Positions 60,033-64,000 of a DNA stretch of 64,000 nt are shown one piece after another (position 1 is the stretch's first letter; every line of letters begins with the position of its first letter). The stretch spans positions 1,664,001 through 1,728,000 of the forward strand of contig CBDBHB010000009.1 of the NCBI GenBank assembly GCA_965205505.1, given 5' to 3'. Source of the DNA: Acidobacteriota bacterium (lineage in GTDB: Bacteria > Acidobacteriota > UBA890 > WLXD01). Under the pieces are notes generated by a model, which was not told where the DNA came from, searched no databases, and was given only the letters and a program-made list of their open reading frames with translations. Position numbers and translations under genes: made by a program.

Positions 60033-60845
60033 CTAGTGCCCGCGGCGCATTATCGCCACGCGGATTGCCCAGCCGAGGAGCACCCACGCGCCGAGCATGG
60101 CCCAGGCGTGGCGGTGTGCGTAGCTGAGGGTGGGGAAGTGGTTGCTCAGCATGATCAGCAACAGCGGCAGCACCATGAAGGTGTTGTGTCGCGAGCGCTG
60201 CTTTGCGCCGAAGCTCCATGAAGGGTCGAGATGCTCGCCGGAGGCCACCGAGATCACCATGCGCCGTTGCGGCGGCAGGATCCGCATCCACACGTTGCCG
60301 GTCATCAGGCCACCGAGCATCGCCCCCACATGAAACCAGGCCGCACGGGTGCTAAGCGCCTGCATCAAGGACCAGGTCAGGCCCATCAGCAGTAGCAGCG
60401 AGATTGCTGCGGCGAGTGGCTCCCGGCGTCCCAGCGGGGAGCTCCACAGGACATCGTAGATCAACCATCCCGCAACCAGCGAGCCGAGGCTCATGGCGAC
60501 TAGCGTGGGCGTCCCGATGCTCGAGCCCGGGGCTCGCAACAAGCCCCCGAAGGTGTACATCAGTAGCAGCAGTCCGAAGCCGCTGGCCCAGGTCAGCAAT
60601 GACTCCCAGCGGGTCCAGTGCAGCGGATCGGGCAGATGCGTGGGTCGCACGATCTTCTCGATCCGATAAAATCCGCCGCTATGGACCATCCACACCGGCT
60701 CGTTGTCCGGATCTCCACCAGAGGTTGGGCGAAACTGCGCGTCGAGCCAGGTGAAGAGGAACGTCTGACCGACCCAGAGTATGGCAGTGAGCACGTGCGT
60801 CCAGCGCAAGGTCAGGTTCAACGCCTCGTAAAGCGTCGCGTTCAT
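60033..60845 (-). CDS. puuD: Urate hydroxylase PuuD, membrane domain only
   Basis: RWTHV, WMVHSGGFY, LHWTRWE..TWASG, RSRHNT, MLSNHFP. Confidence 0.85.
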   Translation of the reverse strand: MNATLYEALNLTLRWTHVLTAILWVGQTFLFTWLDAQFRPTSGGDPDNEPVWMVHSGGFYRIEKIVRPTHLPDPLHWTRWESLLTWASGFGLLLLMYTFGGLLRAPGSSIGTPTLVAMSLGSLVAGWLIYDVLWSSPLGRREPLAAAISLLLLMGLTWSLMQALSTRAAWFHVGAMLGGLMTGNVWMRILPPQRRMVISVASGEHLDPSWSFGAKQRSRHNTFMVLPLLLIMLSNHFPTLSYAHRHAWAMLGAWVLLGWAIRVAIMRRGH

Positions 60846-60964
60846 GCGTGCCTCTCCGATCGAAAACCGCCGTCGCCTTCTGACCTTAGCAGTCGTCGAC
60901 GCCGTTCGGAGCCCGGCGGAGCGTCGGTCGTGTGCCAGGCGAGCGCGGCGCGGAGGCCGCTACG

Positions 60965-63160
60965 ATGAAGCGCATCGAGGGGCTCGCCAAGCTTACCGGT
61001 GCCGAGCGCTACGTTGACGATCTGACCATTCCGGGATGCTTGTGGGGCATGACCGTGCGGAGCCCGGCACCGCGCGGACGGGTGCGCGAGGTGCGCTTCG
61101 GCGCCGCGGTCGATTGGTCGGAGTTCACCATCGTCGACCATACCGACATCCCGGGCGAGAACGTGATCAAGCTGTTGGAGACCGACCAGCCGGTCCTCGC
61201 CGGGAGTGTGGTGCGCCACGTCCACGAGCCGGTGCTGTTGTTGGCGCACGAGTCGCGAGAGATGTGCCGCCGTGGAGTGGCTGCCGTCGAGATCGTAGTC
61301 GAACCCGAGGATCCGATCTTCGATTTCAGGATGTCGCCGTCCCGGGATCAGATTCAGCACGGCAGCGACAACGTGCTCAAGCAACTCAGCATCGCAAAGG
61401 GCGACGTGGAAGCGGCGCTCGCGGCGGCGACGTACGTCGTGCAGGGCGTGTACGAGACCGGTGCCCAAGAGCATGTGTACCTCGAGACTCAGGGTATGGT
61501 CGCCTGGGTCGAGGACAACGGCGCGGTGGCGGTCAAGGGCAGCATGCAGTGCCCCTACTACATCCATGCCGCCCTCACGCATGCGCTCGGACGCGACGAT
61601 GCTGGGGTCCGCATCATCCATGCCCCGACTGGCGGCGGTTTCGGTGGCAAGGAGGAGTACCCGTCGACAATTGCCGCGCATGCCGCGTTGCTGGCGCTCA
61701 AGGCCGGCCGGCCGGTGAAAATAGTTTATGACCGCGGCGAGGACATGGCCGCCACGACGAAGCGCCATCCGGCCCAGGTACGCCACCGCACCGGGCTCGA
61801 TGCCGAGGGCCGGCTAGTGGCGCAGGACATCGAGGTCGATCTCGACGGCGGCGCCTACGTGACCTTGTCACCCGTGGTCCTGAGCCGCGCCATCATCCAC
61901 GCTGCCGGTCCGTACTCCTGCGACAACGTCCGCATCGTCGGTCGGGCCATGCTCACGAACACCGTACCCTATGGAGCGTTTCGCGGTTTCGGGGCCCCAC
62001 AGTCGCAATTCGCCAACGAGCGCCATATGGACGTGGTTGCGACGCGGATCGGGATGGACCCTGCCGAGCTCAGGCGTATCAACCTGCTGCGCGACGGAGA
62101 AACCACGTCGACGGGCCAGGTGATCAGCGACGGGGCGGATCGCATCGACGTGCTCGACGCAGCACTGCGCCACGCCGAGTACGCCAAGCGCCAGGAGCAG
62201 CACGTCGCGTTCAACGCCGAGCACCCGTACCTGCGCCGCGGCGTTGGGCTCGCGAGCTTCTATCACGGCTGTGGTTTCACCGGTGCCGGCGAGGTGTACC
62301 TGAAGTCTCGTGTTGGCTTGGCCACGCGGCCCGACGGCAGTGTGACAGTGCTGGCAGCGTCCACCGAGATGGGGCAGGGCACCGCAACCGTGTTCACACA
62401 GATTGCCGCCGAACGGCTCGGCTACGCCGACGGTGACGTGTCGATCGCCGAGCCCGACACCGCAAAGGTGCCCGACAGTGGTCCGACCGTGGCCTCGCGC
62501 ACCGTAATGGTTGTCGGGCACCTGCTAGAACGCGCCTGCGACGAACTCAGGGTTCGTCTCGGGGTCTTGTCCGACACCGTGGGAGACCAGCTCAAGGCGA
62601 CGATCCGTCAGTGGTATGCAGACCATCCCGGAGGATCGCTCCGTGTCGAGGCCGAATACCGCAAGCCTGAATGGGTGGAGTGGGACGATGAGGCCTACCG
62701 CGGCGACGCCTATGCGGCCTTCTCGTGGGCCACCTACATCGCCGAGGTCGAGGTCGACCTGCGCACCTGCAACACTCGTGTGACCGACTTCGTCGCCGTG
62801 CAGGAAGTTGGCCGGGTAATGAACGAGACGCTGGCGCGGGGCCAGGTCCAGGGCGGTGTGGTGCAGGGGATCGGATGGGCGCTGATGGAGGACTGCAAGC
62901 TGGAGGGTGGCGCCATGCGCAACAATCAGCTCACCAACTACATCATTCCCACCAGCGTCGACGTGCCGCCGGTGCGTGTCTTCTTCTTGCAGAAGGCCGG
63001 TGCACCCGGTCCGGGCGGTGCCAAAGGCATCGGGGAGATGCCCATCGACGGGCCAGCTCCGGCCGTGATCAATGCCGTCGCCGCTGCCCTGGGGCGGCAG
63101 CCCACGTCGATCCCGCTCACCCCGGAACGTCTGTTCGACATGCTCGAGGACGCGTCGTGA
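60965..63160 (+). CDS. Xanthine dehydrogenase family molybdopterin-binding subunit
   Basis: QEHVYLET, GGGFGGK, AFRGFGAPQ, EMGQG, GQVQGG, KGIGE. Confidence 0.92.
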   Translation: MKRIEGLAKLTGAERYVDDLTIPGCLWGMTVRSPAPRGRVREVRFGAAVDWSEFTIVDHTDIPGENVIKLLETDQPVLAGSVVRHVHEPVLLLAHESREMCRRGVAAVEIVVEPEDPIFDFRMSPSRDQIQHGSDNVLKQLSIAKGDVEAALAAATYVVQGVYETGAQEHVYLETQGMVAWVEDNGAVAVKGSMQCPYYIHAALTHALGRDDAGVRIIHAPTGGGFGGKEEYPSTIAAHAALLALKAGRPVKIVYDRGEDMAATTKRHPAQVRHRTGLDAEGRLVAQDIEVDLDGGAYVTLSPVVLSRAIIHAAGPYSCDNVRIVGRAMLTNTVPYGAFRGFGAPQSQFANERHMDVVATRIGMDPAELRRINLLRDGETTSTGQVISDGADRIDVLDAALRHAEYAKRQEQHVAFNAEHPYLRRGVGLASFYHGCGFTGAGEVYLKSRVGLATRPDGSVTVLAASTEMGQGTATVFTQIAAERLGYADGDVSIAEPDTAKVPDSGPTVASRTVMVVGHLLERACDELRVRLGVLSDTVGDQLKATIRQWYADHPGGSLRVEAEYRKPEWVEWDDEAYRGDAYAAFSWATYIAEVEVDLRTCNTRVTDFVAVQEVGRVMNETLARGQVQGGVVQGIGWALMEDCKLEGGAMRNNQLTNYIIPTSVDVPPVRVFFLQKAGAPGPGGAKGIGEMPIDGPAPAVINAVAAALGRQPTSIPLTPERLFDMLEDAS

Positions 63161-63180
63161 CGCGGCGAGGCATCGGTTCG

Positions 63181-63642
63181 ATGGAGATTGCCTTCAAGCT
63201 CAACGGCGAGCAGGTCACCGTGCAGACGGAGCCGACGGCGCGGTTGCTCGATCTGCTGCGCTATTCGCTCGGCCTCACGGGTACCAAGGAAGGCTGCGGT
63301 GAAGGCGAGTGTTGCGCTTGCACGGTCTACCTCGATGGCGATCCGGTGAACGCGTGCTTGGTGCCGGTGTTTCAGGTGCGTGGGCGCGAGGTGATCACCA
63401 TCGAGGCCATCGACGGGCACTCCGTCGAGCCCTTGCTGCAGAGCGGCGCCACCCAGTGCGGCGCCTGCACGCCGGGGGTGGTCATGATGGCCACGTGGGT
63501 CGTGACGCGGCCCCACTTGCTGGAGCAGTTTTGTGCTCGTGAGCTAATGGCGGGCAACCTCTGCCGCTGCACCGGCTACGACGGCATCATCGAGGGTCTA
63601 CAGGCGGCCTTGGATGCCGACGGCGCCGAGGATGGAGCCTGA
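63181..63642 (+). CDS. Xanthine dehydrogenase family [2Fe-2S] subunit
   Basis: GTKEGCGEGECCAC, QCGACTPG, GNLCRCTGY. Confidence 0.92.
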   Translation: MEIAFKLNGEQVTVQTEPTARLLDLLRYSLGLTGTKEGCGEGECCACTVYLDGDPVNACLVPVFQVRGREVITIEAIDGHSVEPLLQSGATQCGACTPGVVMMATWVVTRPHLLEQFCARELMAGNLCRCTGYDGIIEGLQAALDADGAEDGA

Positions 63643-64000
63643 TCGCATGCGTGTGCTGATGCCGGATACGCTAGACGGGGCCTTGCAGATGAGGGCATCG
63701 GAACCGGACGCGCTGCCTATCGCCGGGGGTACCGACTTGATGGTCGACTGGCCGGAGCACCTCGATCTGCACGATCGTGTCTTTCTCGACCTGGGCGGCG
63801 TCGGGGGGCTGAAGTCGCTCGTCTGGGACGACCGCTCGCTGGGCATCGGCGCATTGACGACCTACTGGGACGTGCTGAGCGATCCGCGCGTCGGCGCCGA
63901 GCTTTCCATGTTGCAGGCGGCGGCGCGCACGGTCGGGGCAGTGCAGATCCAAACGCGCGGCACCTGGGCGGGGAATATCGCCAACGGTTCGCCGGCGGCC
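63632..64000 (+). CDS. Xanthine dehydrogenase family FAD-binding subunit (partial, runs off window)
   Basis: PIAGGTDL, IGALT, VGAVQIQTRGTWAGNIANGSPA. Confidence 0.9.
   Translation, partial: MEPDRMRVLMPDTLDGALQMRASEPDALPIAGGTDLMVDWPEHLDLHDRVFLDLGGVGGLKSLVWDDRSLGIGALTTYWDVLSDPRVGAELSMLQAAARTVGAVQIQTRGTWAGNIANGSPAA

Noticed and set aside
63295-63325. Extra Cys (GECCAC instead of GECGAC) as a novel Fe-S motif
   Set aside because: A single-base change with all canonical ligands retained; not enough evidence of significance.

Overview
GC-rich bacterial window; gene content (TPR-tailed Ser/Thr kinase, MFS-Aas fusion, Tat-type HisC-like enzymes, MoxR/vWA operon) is suggestive of an Acidobacteriota-like genome, but this is not proven. 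1-8.0 kb is a decayed integrative element (primase/DUF3631, excisionase, tyrosine integrase, tRNA-like att remnant) carrying broken defence genes (hsdM fragment, DUF262-DUF1524 nuclease). It is hit by two inverted copies of an IS3-family element that carries a second, captured right end. The rest is mostly metabolic and regulatory: a 5'-truncated kinase, an NHL protein with an in-frame TGA at a probable Cys position followed by a SECIS-like hairpin (candidate secreted selenoprotein), a tandemly duplicated cassette of an unannotated 45-aa Arg-rich ORF plus two Tat-type PLP aminotransferases, leucine-catabolism genes, a TonB receptor, peptidases, HMG-CoA synthase, a MoxR operon, an ECF sigma locus, Lut genes, Aas, a sigma54-controlled OmpA locus and purine-catabolism genes. 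A structured CTAG-bounded MITE-like repeat family is scattered through intergenic regions, a ~183-nt 6S-like hairpin lies at 55.7-55.9 kb, and several frameshifts and gene stubs point to genome erosion or assembly error. All protein calls are from motif recognition only; no searches were run.
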